A program made the translations under genes and the position numbers. Under the pieces are notes generated by a model. That model was not told the DNA's origin. It saw nothing but the letters and a program-made list of their open reading frames with translations, and searched no databases. Positions 37,191 to 50,022 of a DNA stretch of 64,000 nucleotides are shown here, one piece after another. Numbering within the stretch: position 1 is the stretch's first letter; every line of letters begins with the position of its first letter. The DNA is from Octopus bimaculoides (Eukaryota): assembly GCF_001194135.2 (NCBI RefSeq), contig NC_068991.1:78020504-78084503 (forward strand), read 5' to 3'.

Positions 37191-37582
37191 TTTAATCTTT
37201 TTCCAACAAACAACTTTTGAATCTGTTGCTTCTAATTTTGTCACATTCCATTTCAATACTACAAAAGCAATATTGTATAGTTGGAAGAGTAAATGTGTTA
37301 ATGGCAATTAGAATGGATTTTATTTTTAATATTCAAATAAATCTTGAAAAACAAAACAAAAAAAAGGAGGATGTTTGAAATATTTCAAAGAAAGTCTGTT
37401 CTGTTATTACCAGCACCGCCGTTGTTATTTAACCCCGGTCCAGATCAGACAGATTTTACGATCAAAGATTTTTCCATGCACACATACCTTGTATGTGTGC
37501 ATGGATGGAAGTATACATGCATGGATGGATGTTCTATTGTATGTAGGGATGGATGAACGTATGTATGAGTGTGAGCGCGCGC

Positions 37583-37616
<34 letters not shown>

Positions 37617-37664
37617 ATATGTTTGTGTACATATGTATGTGTATGAACGTGTGTGCATATGTAT

Positions 37665-37805
37665 GAAGGCTCATGGTTTAGAAGTTAGAGTGTTGAGCTT
37701 ACGACCATAATGCATGCGTTCAATTCCTGAACTCGACAGTACATTGTTCCTTGAGCAAGGCATTTCACTTCATGTTGCTCCAATCTCCTCAGCTGAAAAT
37801 GTCTC
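37665..37805 (+). mobile_element. tRNA-CORE SINE family C head
   Basis: TGGTTTAGAAGTTAGAGTG..GCGTTCAATTCC..TTGTTCCTTGAGCAAGGCATTTCACTTCATGTTGCTCCA. Confidence 0.6.
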
Positions 37806-38849
37806 CCTGAAGCTATTACATTCTAGACGCATCAAGGTGGGAAGAACCGAGAGGGTGTTTACGTCTGTTTCTGATTACATATGGGTTGTATTTCTACAAG
37901 CAACTGTTTGATCCACCACTAAAACGGGCTTCCAAATCTTTAACAGAAACTTGCCGAAGTGGCGACACCTAATGAAAACTCTGATGCCGATTTAAATATT
38001 TTGGTGAACCTTTAATGTTGTTATGCATAAATGAAATCATTGTGTTCCACTTTTGTATGGCATGGTCAGCCCTAACATTTTCCATTTTATTTTACGATAA
38101 GTATTGTTTTAATTTACCCGTCATAATTAGACGAGGATTTAAGATTTTCTTTTTTTACCCGAAAGAAACATCGTGGTTGGCATTTTGCAACTTGAACTTG
38201 TCATATTCCATTCCTATGGAATATCAACTGATCCGTACTGCTTGGTAACTTCAGTTACATACACAAGTACATCGCCACTGCGAGCCTGATGGAACGAGCA
38301 GTCTTCAGTATCTTGGTATACGCATCTTGTTTTCTGTTGATCCTGACGCTTTGCATGTTATAATGTTCTTCATTTTGGGAGTACAACAATAACTTACTAT
38401 TAAACAGTTTCTATTGAAAATTTTTCCATAATAGTGATGAGTAGAGAAAGAAATTGTCTGCTACTGCCAAGAAACTTTTAGATATAATAGTCTTTACATG
38501 TGATGAGTAAGAGGATGTGAACCAGATAATACAGTGATGCCTGTCCTTTGTTCAGGGAGTCAGGTATTAACTTAATTTTGACTTTGAAGCCACTATATTC
38601 TAACGCAGTTTCAAAGTGGAACCACTCCTTCTATTTGTTAGAAGGTATGTATTATCGATGAATAGAAATCGATAATGCCAAATTCTAGAGTCCTGTTTAA
38701 ATTGTTAAACAGGCTAATTACTATTGCTATTGTTTCTAAATACATTATAAATTCTCGAAGGTTACATATCTATTCACTGATTCACTGACATATGCACACG
38801 CACACACACATCACACACACACGCACGCACGCACACACACACACACACC

Positions 38850-39842
38850 TCATTTTCCACATAGTCTCCTTACTTTTCTTTCCGCTTCTTCCAACGGTCC
38901 ACAAATTTGCTTATTCCACCAGAGAAGATTTACGGTTGGTTGCGCAATCCTTTATGCACTGATCACTGCGCTTTTTCGTCCGTAGTAAATCAATGATCTA
39001 GTAAAGGATGTTTGAGCAGTCCAAAGAGATGATAGTTTGAAGGAGAGGTCTGGACTCTATGCAGAGTCTTCCAGAAACTCGGAACCCAATTTTTCAATGA
39101 TTTCAATGGCGTGGCCGGCTGTATGTGGGCTTGCATTGTCATGCAACAATAACACTCGGCTTTGGGGTGAATTGCTAGTTTCAGTTGTAGGTCAGCACTT
39201 CACTGTAACCTACCCTGGTGACTGTAGACCCCTTTTCCAAGTAAGTTTCCAGTACAGGCCGTTTTCCATTCCCCCAAAAACGGTTAGCATCACTTTTTCT
39301 GCAGCAGGTTAATCTTGAATATCTTTTTCGCTGACAATTCCGGGTGTTTCCATTCCATACTTTACCTTTTGGATTCTGGCTCAGTGATGGACCCATGTCT
39401 CATCTCTTGTTACTATCCTCTCCAAAGATACTTCGCCTTCATTGTTGCAACAGTCGAGTAATCACCGACAAATCTCCACATGATTGCGACTATGCGCTTC
39501 GATAAGCTCTCTTGGCATCCATTTCACTCAGACTAATCTACAGAGAACATGCCACTTCGAGAGTCACCCGTCGGTTCACCAGAATCATCCCTCGAGCTTA
39601 TTGAATCTTCATATCAGTAGTAGAGGTTGATGGGCGTCTGGCTCCTTCTTTGTGCTTCACACTTGTCAGCCATTTTAAAACTTCTCGATCCACTCATACA
39701 CACTTCTACGCGTTAGAGAGCTGTCCCCGGTATTGTACTGAAATCCTGCGATGAATTTCAGCCTTGACTCGTCTTCAGACCAGAAAAATCGGTTCGCTGA
39801 TTTCTGATCTTCCTTGGTACACATAGCCTACGGAGCGACTAT
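38850..39842 (-). mobile_element. Decayed mariner (DD34D-type) transposase pseudogene; TIRs not recognisable
   Basis: Minus-strand broken frames give CTKEDQ, SVYEWIEKF, GARRPSTST, DETWVH, VMLTVF, LLLHDNASPHTA, SPDL..YHLFGLLK and GDYVE. Confidence 0.9.
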
Positions 39843-40013
39843 GTTTATTCTTTAACAAAAGACAGCAAATTGGAGCGATCAAGGTCGAACCTTGATTCCG
39901 TAACCACAAGACTGTCACTTTTAGCTCGCGAGTACTGAAGGCAGTATGTTTAACCTAAAGTGTTGGCAAAAGTGCCTATCATCTTTGACTTCCTCTTGTG
40001 TGTTGTATATATT

Positions 40014-40079
<66 letters not shown>

Positions 40080-40111
40080 NNNNNNNNNNNNNNNNNNNNN
40101 NNNNNNNNNNN

Positions 40112-40153
<42 letters not shown>

Positions 40154-40375
40154 GCACGCACACACACACACATATTCTCACATGCACATACAGTTTTGGA
40201 AATATGTATACATATACTTACTTCCTGGATATGGTTTTTCACATCGACATAGTTATACTCTTTCAGACATTTACCATTCAATAACAGAATTTCGTCAGTT
40301 ATGGCATTTTCTTCGTCCTCCATAACAAAGCCTGAAAATATAATTAAAAACGCAATTTAAAAATTTTCCATATAG

Positions 40376-40465
40376 GCGCAGCCATGGCGGTGTGTTTAAG
40401 AAGTTTACTTAACAACTACGTGGTTTCAGGCTCAATCCTTGTGTGCAGCACCTTGGGTAAAAGAT
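40376..40465 (+). mobile_element. SINE family B head fragment
   Basis: AGGCGCAGCCATGGCGGTGTGTTTAAGAAG..GGTTTCAGGCTCAATCC..GCAGCACCTTGGGTAA. Confidence 0.6.
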
Positions 40466-41467
40466 ATGGCGGCATGACATCCAATAACTTTAAAGGCAGA
40501 TACACACAACACATGCACTCTTTCAGATGTAGAAAGATAGAAAACTTCACTCCCCTCTCTCGGTTTATCCGGAGATTCCAGGACTACTGAAACGACTTCC
40601 CCAACTCTACATGAGGCACCCTTAACAAGACCTCTTTCTACTCACCTGGAGTTCGTAAACATCAATTCAACTTCCATGACAAACTGCACATATTCCACCT
40701 GCCCATAGCATCTATCAATACGAAAAAGTGTACACCCTGTTAATGAACTTCAAATCTTTGGTCACTGATATCGTTGCTGTATATATATATATATACCACT
40801 TTAGGCCTAGCTTGACCACGCACAATGACAGAGAATACAATTCCTGTCCGCAGAGACTACAGCCTATTCATGTTTGTCACGGGAACTCATTTATAATCTG
40901 TTGCCATCGAATCGGTTACGCTCAAGTGATAACTATCGTCGTTAAAGTACCTAACCATACAGAATGATCACAGACTAATTGGCACCAACTTCTTTTCTAT
41001 CCTACAACGTGCAGTTTCTCATGAAAAGAACTGGTGTCGTTTTGAAGAATGCCCACAACGTACTCCAACATCTCGTCTGCACTACATCGTCCTAACAATA
41101 AAATAACCGATATCGCTATGACCGCAGATACAACTACGTATCCTGAACGGACAAATGGAAGCCTAAATATGTGGTGGCCATTTTTAATTTGTCTTAAATT
41201 CTCTCGCTTCACTCTCCGAACATTCGATGGCGTGGACGTGTCCTACGCATACAAAACTATAAGCAATGTGGAATTGAATCAAACTGTTACTAAATATATG
41301 TAACTCTAACCAAACGAACGTGTTCATTGTTACTTTCTTTTATTCATTGATTTGTGTGTATACACACACACACAAACACATACAGACACACACTATATGC
41401 ATACTTTTTAATGTATGTATATATGTATCTATCTATATATATATGTATCTATCTATATATATATGCA

Positions 41468-41521
<54 letters not shown>

Positions 41522-42259
41522 CACACATTTGTATATATGTATATATATGTATGCGTTTGTATGAACCTGAGCGTGTGTGTGGTCGTCTGTATGGCATGTG
41601 TGCGAGTGAGTGATGTAGCGTGTCATATCTCTTCTTCCCATACATTCACTAAACAGTACAATGCAAGAAGTGGGGGCTGAGAGATTATTCTATTGTTACA
41701 GAGACATCAATAAATGCTAAACTTTTACACAAGTTTTACTTATAATCATCACTGCTGATAATAAATTCCATTCCGTCTTTCCGAACACGAAATCCTCAGC
41801 GGTGCTGCTGTATAAAAATTTAATTGCGTAACCAAATGCATTAATGATTCCATGTAATCGGAGCTGAGAGTCGCAAGGATACAAATTCAGTTTCTGCATT
41901 AACTCTGCAGAGCCATTCTCCATTTCACAGATTTTGGTATCGTGACATTTGTACCAATGGAATTGGGAATTCGAAGTGCTGTACATACATTGTTGTTGAC
42001 CCTGTTCTGTCAGAACTTAATAGAAATTTTCTACATATGTATACATATATACATACGCGCATATATACAGACATGCATGCATACATACATGTATGGATAC
42101 ATAGACACATGCATACATACATATATGCATACGTACATATATGCATACATAAATACATACATACATAAATACATACACACATGTATCNNNNNNNNNNATA
42201 CGAGAAGAGAAGGTGGTTGAGACGAAATGCATTCTTTCTCAGCTCATAGTGCGCGTTGA

Positions 42260-42260
<1 letters not shown>

Positions 42261-42320
<60 letters not shown>

Positions 42321-42335
42321 GCTATTATTATTATT
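42261..42335. repeat. (ATT)n microsatellite, 3' flank of the Dong-like LINE
   Basis: About 25 ATT units with one interruption. Confidence 0.95.
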
Positions 42336-42336
42336 A

Positions 42337-44973
42337 CTATATGTTTGACTTTTGCTTTGTATTTGTACAAGTTGATTCCAAGTCTCACCCAGTCACCCAG
42401 AGACCTCAAGAGACGACAAGTTAGAAGTTCAAGTTGGTGTTATGCCTAGGGTGTCATATATTTGGTTTTGTACATAGTATAGTTCTAGAGAATGTTTAAG
42501 AAAACGTAAGAAAATTCTAAGTTTGTTTTAAAATTTGAAATTACATAGAAAGTATTTTACGTAGGATATGGGCAGTTCCCATGAGTACTATCTTTTGAAT
42601 TTCTGCCATTTGGGGTTTTACTGGTATCTGAGCTAGATAGGAATCAGCCCCTTTTGCTATCATTCTTAGGGCACCTATGACAACAGGTATTGTTTTAGTC
42701 TTGAGGTTCCACATTTTGCCAATTTCTATTTCAAGATCTTTATACTTGATCAGTTTTTGGTAGGTCTTGACAGATACATTTATGTCGGTTTGGACAGTCA
42801 TATCAATGAGGAGGCATGATTTTTGTCTGAAATCTTTCAATATAATGTCTGGCCTATTCGCATCTATCTTTCTGTCAGTTTGAATGGTGAAGTTCCAGAG
42901 GAGTGAGATGTGATCATTTTCAAGCACTGGAGGTGATTTGTGTTCCCACCAGTTTTTTTCTTGGGTCAGGTCCAGGTATTTGCATATTACCCAGTGAATA
43001 TATTGTGCAGCTCTATCATGCCTGTTGAGATACTCTGTAGGCGCAAGAAGACTGCACATGGAGACAACATGATCAATGGTTTCATTTTGTTGTTGACATA
43101 CACGATATGTTGGGAAGCTGCCGTTCTTTAATATGTTGGCCTGGTAGTTCCTTGCAGGAAGGCATTGATATTGGGCTGCTATGAAAACCCTTCTGTTTCT
43201 GATTTTAAGCCAGATGCCACTAACCATTGATGGGTAAGGGCTTTGTCAGCATCGGTATTATTAGCTCTCTTTGGATATTTGCCATTGAGAGGCTTTTCTT
43301 GCCATCTATCAGTAAGAATATCTAAGGCAGCAGTTCTAGCACGGGTTTTCATGCACTTAGCCTTTTCTGTGCTTGTTTCTAGTACTTCTAATTCTGGAAT
43401 TTGTTTTATTTGGAATTCACTTTGATATTCTTTTGCCTGTTTTGTTTACTGAGTATGATGCTTTCTTGTTTTCATGCTTTAAGACAAGTTTTAACATCCA
43501 GTCACCAGACTTTTTCAGGTAGGTGGTTAGGCCAAATGTGTCAATCTTCATTGTTAATTCCAGCTGTAAAAGTCCACGGCCACCCTCTTTTCTTGGCAGA
43601 CAAAGTCGTTCTATATCTGCCTTAGGGTGGTGCATTCTAGGCATTGTCAACAATTTTTGTATTTTACCGTCAAGATTACGTATTTCAGTAATTGACCAGT
43701 TAATGATATTGAAACTGTAAGTCACGACCGGTATAGCTAAAGTAGTGATCGCTTTGGTCCTGTTTCTTACATTCAGTTCTGTCTTGCGATAACATTCTCT
43801 TCTGATCTTTTCCTTCATCATTGAATGTTTGATTCCATCACCTTCAAATACCTAAAGGTACTTGTAGCTCTCCGCTGATTCTAACTCCTTTATGACATTC
43901 TGCTGATCAAGATTAATGTTGGATGTTTCTGTCATTTTTCCTTTGATAAAGGTAGCTTTTGCACATTTACTGAGGTCAAATTGCATCCTGATGTCATCAC
44001 TGAATTGTTTAACAATCGCTAGTAAGCCCTGTAGTTGTTGGTCATCTTTTGCAAAGAGCTTTAAATCATCCATGTAAAAGAGATGATTTATATTTTTTTT
44101 CAAACATTTTATAACCATATTGTACATCATCGAGCGATTTCGAGAGAGGTATTAAGGCTAGACAAAAGAGGAGCAGTGATAGAGAGTCACCCTGGAAAAT
44201 GCCACATGAAATTCTTACATCTCCAGCATTGAGAGATTCATTGTCACTGTTCAAAGTCAGTATGGTTCTCCATGATCTCATACTTATAGACAAAAAGTTT
44301 CGCAGAGTAAGTGCTATTTTATAAATTTCCAGACATTTCTTAATCCATCTATGTAACAGACTATCAAAAGCTTTTTAGTCTATCCAGGCTATTGACAAGC
44401 TTTTGTGTCGCTTGTGACAATCTTCCAAGATCATCTTATTGATGAGTAGCTAATCTTTACAACCATAGAACCCACGTTTACATCCTTTTACTCATTAAGG
44501 AATATGCCACTTTCTATTAAAAAACTATATTCAGTCAAGACAGATGTCAGCGTTTTATACATTGTTGTTAAGCAGGTTAGGGGTCTATAATTTTGGGGTT
44601 CATTTGTTTCTTTATTTTTTTTAAAGTAGGAATGTTATACCATTAACTAGCCAAGAAGGAATCATACTAGGTTGTTGCAAAGCATTGTTGTAAATTTTTG
44701 TTAGCAGTTCATGGCTCTCTGGGAAGGCATTCAACCAGAAGGTAGGAATTTTATCCTTTCCGGAAGACTTCCTTTTGCTCGACTTCCCAAGAGATCTTAC
44801 ATCCTCTACCTTGATACCGTCCCACTTTTGCTCCTCTAAGGAGTCAGTAGATATTCTATCAATACAAGGGGCTTTTTCATTGTGTGTTTTTTCTTCTGCC
44901 CAAATTTTATTCCAAGGGGACAGACTTTACTGTAACTGGTGTTTTCCCTATCTTCCTGTAAAAATATTTTGGG

Positions 44974-44974
<1 letters not shown>
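42337..44974 (-). mobile_element. 5'-truncated Dong/R4-clade non-LTR retrotransposon (RT, CCHC knuckle, restriction-like endonuclease), disrupted by frameshifts and stops
   Basis: RT motifs NYRPLTCL, IAWID.KKAFDS, GIFQGDSLS and HLFYMDDLKLF; ORF 42541-43227 has (C)RVC..ETIDHVVSMC, RHD, W, RPD..D, KY.DL and PVVIGAL; flanked on both sides by (TAA)n on the sense strand. Confidence 0.92.
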
Positions 44975-45018
<44 letters not shown>

Positions 45019-45027
45019 GTTATCATT

Positions 45028-45260
45028 AAGACGGTGAGCTGGTCGAGCCGTTAGCACGCCGAAAAGAATGCTTAGCGGCATTTCGTCCGTTCTGAGTTCA
45101 AATTCCGCCGAGGTAGATTTTACCTTTCATTTTTTTAGGGTGGGATGGGGGTCGATAAAATGAGTATCAATGAAGTACTGGGATTAATGGAATTGACTTG
45201 GCCTCTCTCTCAATATTGCTGATTCTGTGCCAAAATTTGAAACCATTATTATTATTAACA
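45028..45260 (+). mobile_element. tRNA-SINE family A copy between (TTA)n arrays
   Basis: GACGGTGAGCTGG..GTTAGCACGCCG..GAGTTCAAATTCCGCCGAGG..GTGCCAAAATTTGAAACCATTATTATT. Confidence 0.85.
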
Positions 45261-46277
45261 ACAACAACGACAATAATATAACATTATCGTCTCATAATAG
45301 CCAAATTGCGATTTGGTTTCATACTAGAAGTTGAGAATCAACTCCAGCAATCATCAGGTCGGGATTATTAACTTCCGGTATGTAATCAGTTAGTAATTTG
45401 GCGATTATGAGACTATAATGTTGTTGTTTTTTTTAATGAATGTTAATAAAACACCTGCTCTTTTAACGAATATAGATGTGCCTGTTTTTCCTGATTCGTG
45501 AATTTCTAGACAGTTATGTGTTTGAGAGAGTGCATAATTGCTTGAAAGAATTATCTCCCTTTATCGCTATGGAACCATTTTTCTTTGAATTTGAAGCTTG
45601 TCCGCGAATAAGAAACTGGAAACATACCAACACACGAAACGCTGTCTTTATTACGATATCTGGTTTCGTGACCGAAATCAACAGGAGACCAGACATTGTA
45701 ACAACACAAACAACATTTCTAACAAATAAATATGTAATCTATATTATTGTCATCTCTTTTCCCCACTCCGCTTCTTCACAGAATGACAAAAACAGAAGAG
45801 TCACGCGCTTATCTGGACAGACATTAATTTCACAGATTAAAACAAAACAAAAATAAATAAATAAAATAAAAAAATAAAAACGCTCTCGTGTTATTGTTTG
45901 ATGAATAAATGGAAAATGATACAGTGAAAACTGACCAAAATTATTAAATGAATAAATAAATAAATAACTGACCAATCGAATATTTGATCGTTACTAAAAG
46001 TGATGGCGACGTTTGACGTTCTTCTTTATCGTTTTTGTTTGTTTTATTATCTTTTTGCTTTCTTATGTTTTTGTTATTGTTTGTTCGTTCATCTTTTATT
46101 TTATTTTTTGTGTGAATGTTTGTGTTAGTGTTGGATGTTTTGACAGCATTTATCATAGAACTGAATAAATCTGCTATTTTTAGAATCCGACTTTTATGTA
46201 AATAACAAGTTCTCTTTTTTCTTCCTTTACAAAATTGCTATAGAAGTGTCTGTATATAAACCATATCATTAAACTTA

Positions 46278-46308
<31 letters not shown>

Positions 46309-46569
46309 TTGTATACAACTACACCACATTGACATATACAGACATACATCAAGACATGTTACACATACATTAACACACGATCGCAAATAAGAAAATGTCA
46401 AATGTTGCTGACGGCATATGCGATAAAGCAATTTGAAAGAAATATTTTGAAAGCATAGAACAGCTATAACAATATTCTTGCGAACGTTTAGAAGTTTGGG
46501 GTGGAGAGGCAGACAGGAGTCACCACCACATCTACCCTCCATAATAATGCAAATAACGCAGGGATCCGT

Positions 46570-46695
46570 CTATCTATTTATCCTTCCTTCCATCCATCCA
46601 TCCATCTATCCATCCATCCAGCCAGCCATCCATCCATCCATCCAGCCAGCCAGCCAGCCAGCCAGCCTGCCAGCCAGCCAGCCTGCCAGCCATCT
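46570..46695. repeat. Compound tetranucleotide microsatellite (CATC)n grading into (CCAG)n and (CCTG)
   Basis: Read directly from the sequence. Confidence 0.9.
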
Positions 46696-47499
46696 GCTGT
46701 AAATCACTGATTCAATTCGAACCCCCTCGTTTGGATTTCCAGCTATGAACCACAGCCTATACATACGGTCATAAAGGCATGCCCAGCCCCTTGAGGGAAC
46801 AGTACACTCACATAAATGTCTTCCGGTCAATCAGCATTGGCTGGTGTTCATCGGAAATGGAGGGTTGTAAAAAGTTTTGTTCAGACTTATAAAACTAGCG
46901 ATTTGAACCCCACAACAGAGCCAACTCGATTCTAGACGAACCCTTTTCTTCTTATTACGTGAAATGTACTCTCACCTCCTTTTATTTGTCCTTATATAAG
47001 ATACACTGAAAATATATATTCGACAAAGGTAAATTATTCTCGTACTTAAATGGCGACATGCGCCCATCCATCCTGATATCTAATTATCTGTTTATTTTTT
47101 TACTTATTTCTATAATGGTAATGGACACATACAACATAACAGATGTAACTAGAACATTCTCTATATCTTCCATTCTACTTTATAACTCGGATTCAAATGG
47201 TAAGATAATCATCCGTCGTTTTGTATATGGATGACCCCACGTTGTATACTTTAAATGATAAACAGCTAGAAACACCACTGCAGATAGTATATGACTTTAG
47301 TAGAGAAACAGATAAGCGATTCGAATTAGAAAAATGTGCTACGAGAATATTGAGGACAGGAAAATTAAAACATTGATGTCTTACAAGATATAGAATCTGA
47401 GTTAAAAGAATTAGTTCAAACGGATAAAATTGTGAATCAATGAACAATAAGTTAACAACATACACCAATGTCAGGGAATATTAGAAATCAATGAATATT

Positions 47500-47745
47500 A
47501 TAGACACATTATGTTAATGCTTAAAACAGCTTAATGCAATAGTAAGAAGAAATAATAAAACAATTAACCACATTGTCTCTGGGCTCCCAGTCTTGTCTAC
47601 GAAAGAATATAGCCACAGCCATGACAGTGTTGGGACACGAGTACACTGGCAGTTATATCAGCGTTATGAAATACAAAAAGAGAAGAGGTAACATAAGTAC
47701 AGCCAAGAAAAATACTCAGAGAATGACTAAGCGACCATTTTCTAG
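47500..47745 (+). mobile_element. Old RLE-LINE fragment (Dong/R4-like CCHC-RHD region)
   Basis: KTINHIVSGLPVLSTKEYSHSHDSVGTRVHWQLYQRY..ATIF, compare ETIDHVVSMCSLLAPTEYLNRHDRAAQYIHW in the element at 43000-43100. Confidence 0.7.
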
Positions 47746-48004
47746 AGGAAGTACTTCTGGAATAATTTACATATTTTCACTATTTTTAATGGCGTGTAGC
47801 TGTAATTTCCTAATTATCTGTGTCCTTTCTGGTTTTCTGATGCTCGGCGTCTCAAGATTGATGCGGAAGCAGTTATATATTCAAGTATCCTAATAATTGT
47901 TGGAATAATTCTAAAGCTATTGTCCAGTAGAATTCCTGCATTAGTTTGGGATAAGTCTTTACCTTTTCCCTCTAATCTTTAACCCTTTGTTAACATCAAC
48001 ACAG

Positions 48005-48232
48005 CAACTGATTTCTTCTCTTGCGCTTCCGGTTTCTTCTTTCCTCGCTTCCGTGTCATTATAAACTGTCTGTTGTACTTGCATTTTACTGAGTCTTGAC
48101 AGGATTATTTCACCAGTGTCCTTTCATATCAAGAGTGATTATGCTTTCCATATTACTGTAACTTCTTACCTCCAGATATCCTCTCTACGGATTACTTTGT
48201 AAAATGCTTTTGCTACGACATCATACCTCAAA
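48005..48232 (-). mobile_element. RLE-LINE fragment from the RHD-like motif to the PD region, in inverted orientation
   Basis: Minus strand gives LRYDVVAKAFYKVIRRED, then frameshifted PVKT.VKCKYNR; 49085-49130 gives the homologous YDVFIKTIYNAMCRK. Confidence 0.6.
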
Positions 48233-48235
48233 GGT

Positions 48236-48796
48236 AGATGATGAGAAGAGAACTGTGCATAGTTGTGGAAATTAGCTGCCCAGAGGATGTTAACATAAAG
48301 CTGAAGATCAGCGAGAAAGAGAACACCCATGCTGAACTATTGAGAAATCTACAGTTACTTTATCCAGATTACAAGTTCAGGTTTACACCTGTAATTATTG
48401 GGGCCCTGAGATATGTAATACACTGCCTAAATACCAATCCTGAGAAATTAGGCTTCTCAAAACCAGAAAGGAGGAAGCTAATTCGAAGACTACAGATCCA
48501 ATCCATCACCGGAACTGTAAAAATCTGTAAAACTGTCCAAAAGTTTATCATTTAAATATATATGAGCATGTCTAGATATGCAACAATATGCATGAGAATA
48601 TATACATAAAACATACAAATCTGCACATACACACATACATACATACATACATACATACATACATACATACATACATACATACATACATACATGCGTACAT
48701 ACATACATACATGCGTACACACATACATTCATACATGCATACATAATACAAACACACATGCATGCATGCGCACATACATACATACACACATGCATG

Positions 48797-48828
<32 letters not shown>

Positions 48829-48964
48829 CATACATACATACAAACAGAAATATCTTGTTGCTGATGTTGAAATTGCAATGAAGGAAACTTGGATCTAGGT
48901 TAGAAACCGGTTCTTTCTCTATTGACAAGAAATCTTGAAATAAAACTGAAGAATGACATACATA
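48236..48964 (+). mobile_element. Young RLE-type LINE 3' end: intact 105-aa ORF tail, 3' UTR with expanded (TACA)n, and GACATACATA tail
   Basis: ORF 48238-48555 LCIVVEISCPEDVNIKLKISEKENTHAELL..PVIIGAL; homologous to 13158-13614. Confidence 0.9.
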
Positions 48965-49074
48965 AAGTAAAGCTCGCGTGCCCTGAAGACGTCATTCAAA
49001 ATGTTGATTGTGTCACCGGAAGCTATTTCACACGTGATCAGCAGCTGATGAAAAATGTCATCAAGTTACAACCT

Positions 49075-49709
49075 CCTATCGTGATATGACGTTTTTATTA
49101 AAACAATATACAATGCTATGTGTAGGAAAGTCTTCCTTGGGGTAAATATAACGCCCTGTTATTGAATACATGCATATCAACACAAAGAATATTTGTGGGA
49201 CATTTTCATGAAATCGTCCAACTTTCGCCAAGAGCAAGCATAGTAGCATGCTAGATCTCATAAAGTTCTATGTGACAACAAACTCAGATATGCTGTATAG
49301 TCAAAGCGACCGGATGCCCGGCATATGTGAACATTTCTTCCAAGATCAGTAAAAGAAGCAATACCTAAAGACGACGATTTCGCAATGTGCCGCTGCTCCA
49401 CCCAGATTATAAATTCGTATTTTATTCTAATAATTAATTATTTGTGGCATTCATCTATGTTACTCAATATTTGCGTGGCAAGCTGGAAAAGCCAGGATTT
49501 TCAGGAAAAGAAAGATATAAGCCAACGCGAACTGTGTCAGTATAATCTGAAAAAAGGTTGAAAAAAATTTGAACGGCTTTTCTCAAGTTCACTATACAGC
49601 TCTTAGGATTTTTCTTATCTGAATTCCAATGAAAGAGAATTGATTCTTTCTTAGAAACCAAAACCTTAGCTCTGAGAAGAACTGATACATACATACATAC
49701 ATACATACA

Positions 49710-49740
<31 letters not shown>
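49075..49740 (+). mobile_element. Older copy or subfamily of the same RLE-LINE ending in (TACA)n
   Basis: CIVKATGCPAYVNISSKISKRSNT*..NVPLLHPDYKF..LEKPGFSGKER aligns with ORF 48238-48555; UTR AATTCCAATGAA..TTAGAAACC, then (TACA)n. Confidence 0.7.
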
Positions 49741-49745
<5 letters not shown>

Positions 49746-49811
49746 TATAGAGAGAGAGANNNNNNNNNNTACATACATATAGAGAGAGAGAGAGGGGGAG
49801 GAGGAGGAGGA

Positions 49812-50022
49812 GGAGGAGGAGATAAGTTCTTGGCTTTGAGTAAAAGAAAATACAGGAAAATCAGTTATGATTTTATTCAACGTATTCCCCACTCAGATTC
49901 ACACACTTATTGCAGCAGTGCTTCAGATTTTCTAAACGCTGTAAAAGAACTCAGGAGGTTGGGCCTCCAGCCAGGCCTTTCGCGATACCCTTAGAGTCAG
50001 AAACTTTTCACTACCCCTCGTA
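49812..50022. mobile_element. Mariner-type MITE or terminal fragment
   Basis: Right end AAACTTTTCACTACCCCTCGTA is the reverse complement of TACGAGGGGTAGTGAAAAGTTT, a mariner-like TIR with TA; left end GAGGAGATAAGTTC is eroded. Confidence 0.55.

Noticed and set aside
40520-41300. Complex CpG-rich stretch that looks like a decayed mobile-element ORF (also 41760-41960 and 58255-58520)
   Set aside because: I could not recover enough diagnostic motifs by eye; tblastx or HMM searches against TE libraries are needed.
45476-45856. 126-aa plus-strand ORF in unique sequence
   Set aside because: No recognisable motif and no convincing acceptor/donor pair; the C-terminus runs into A-rich low complexity.
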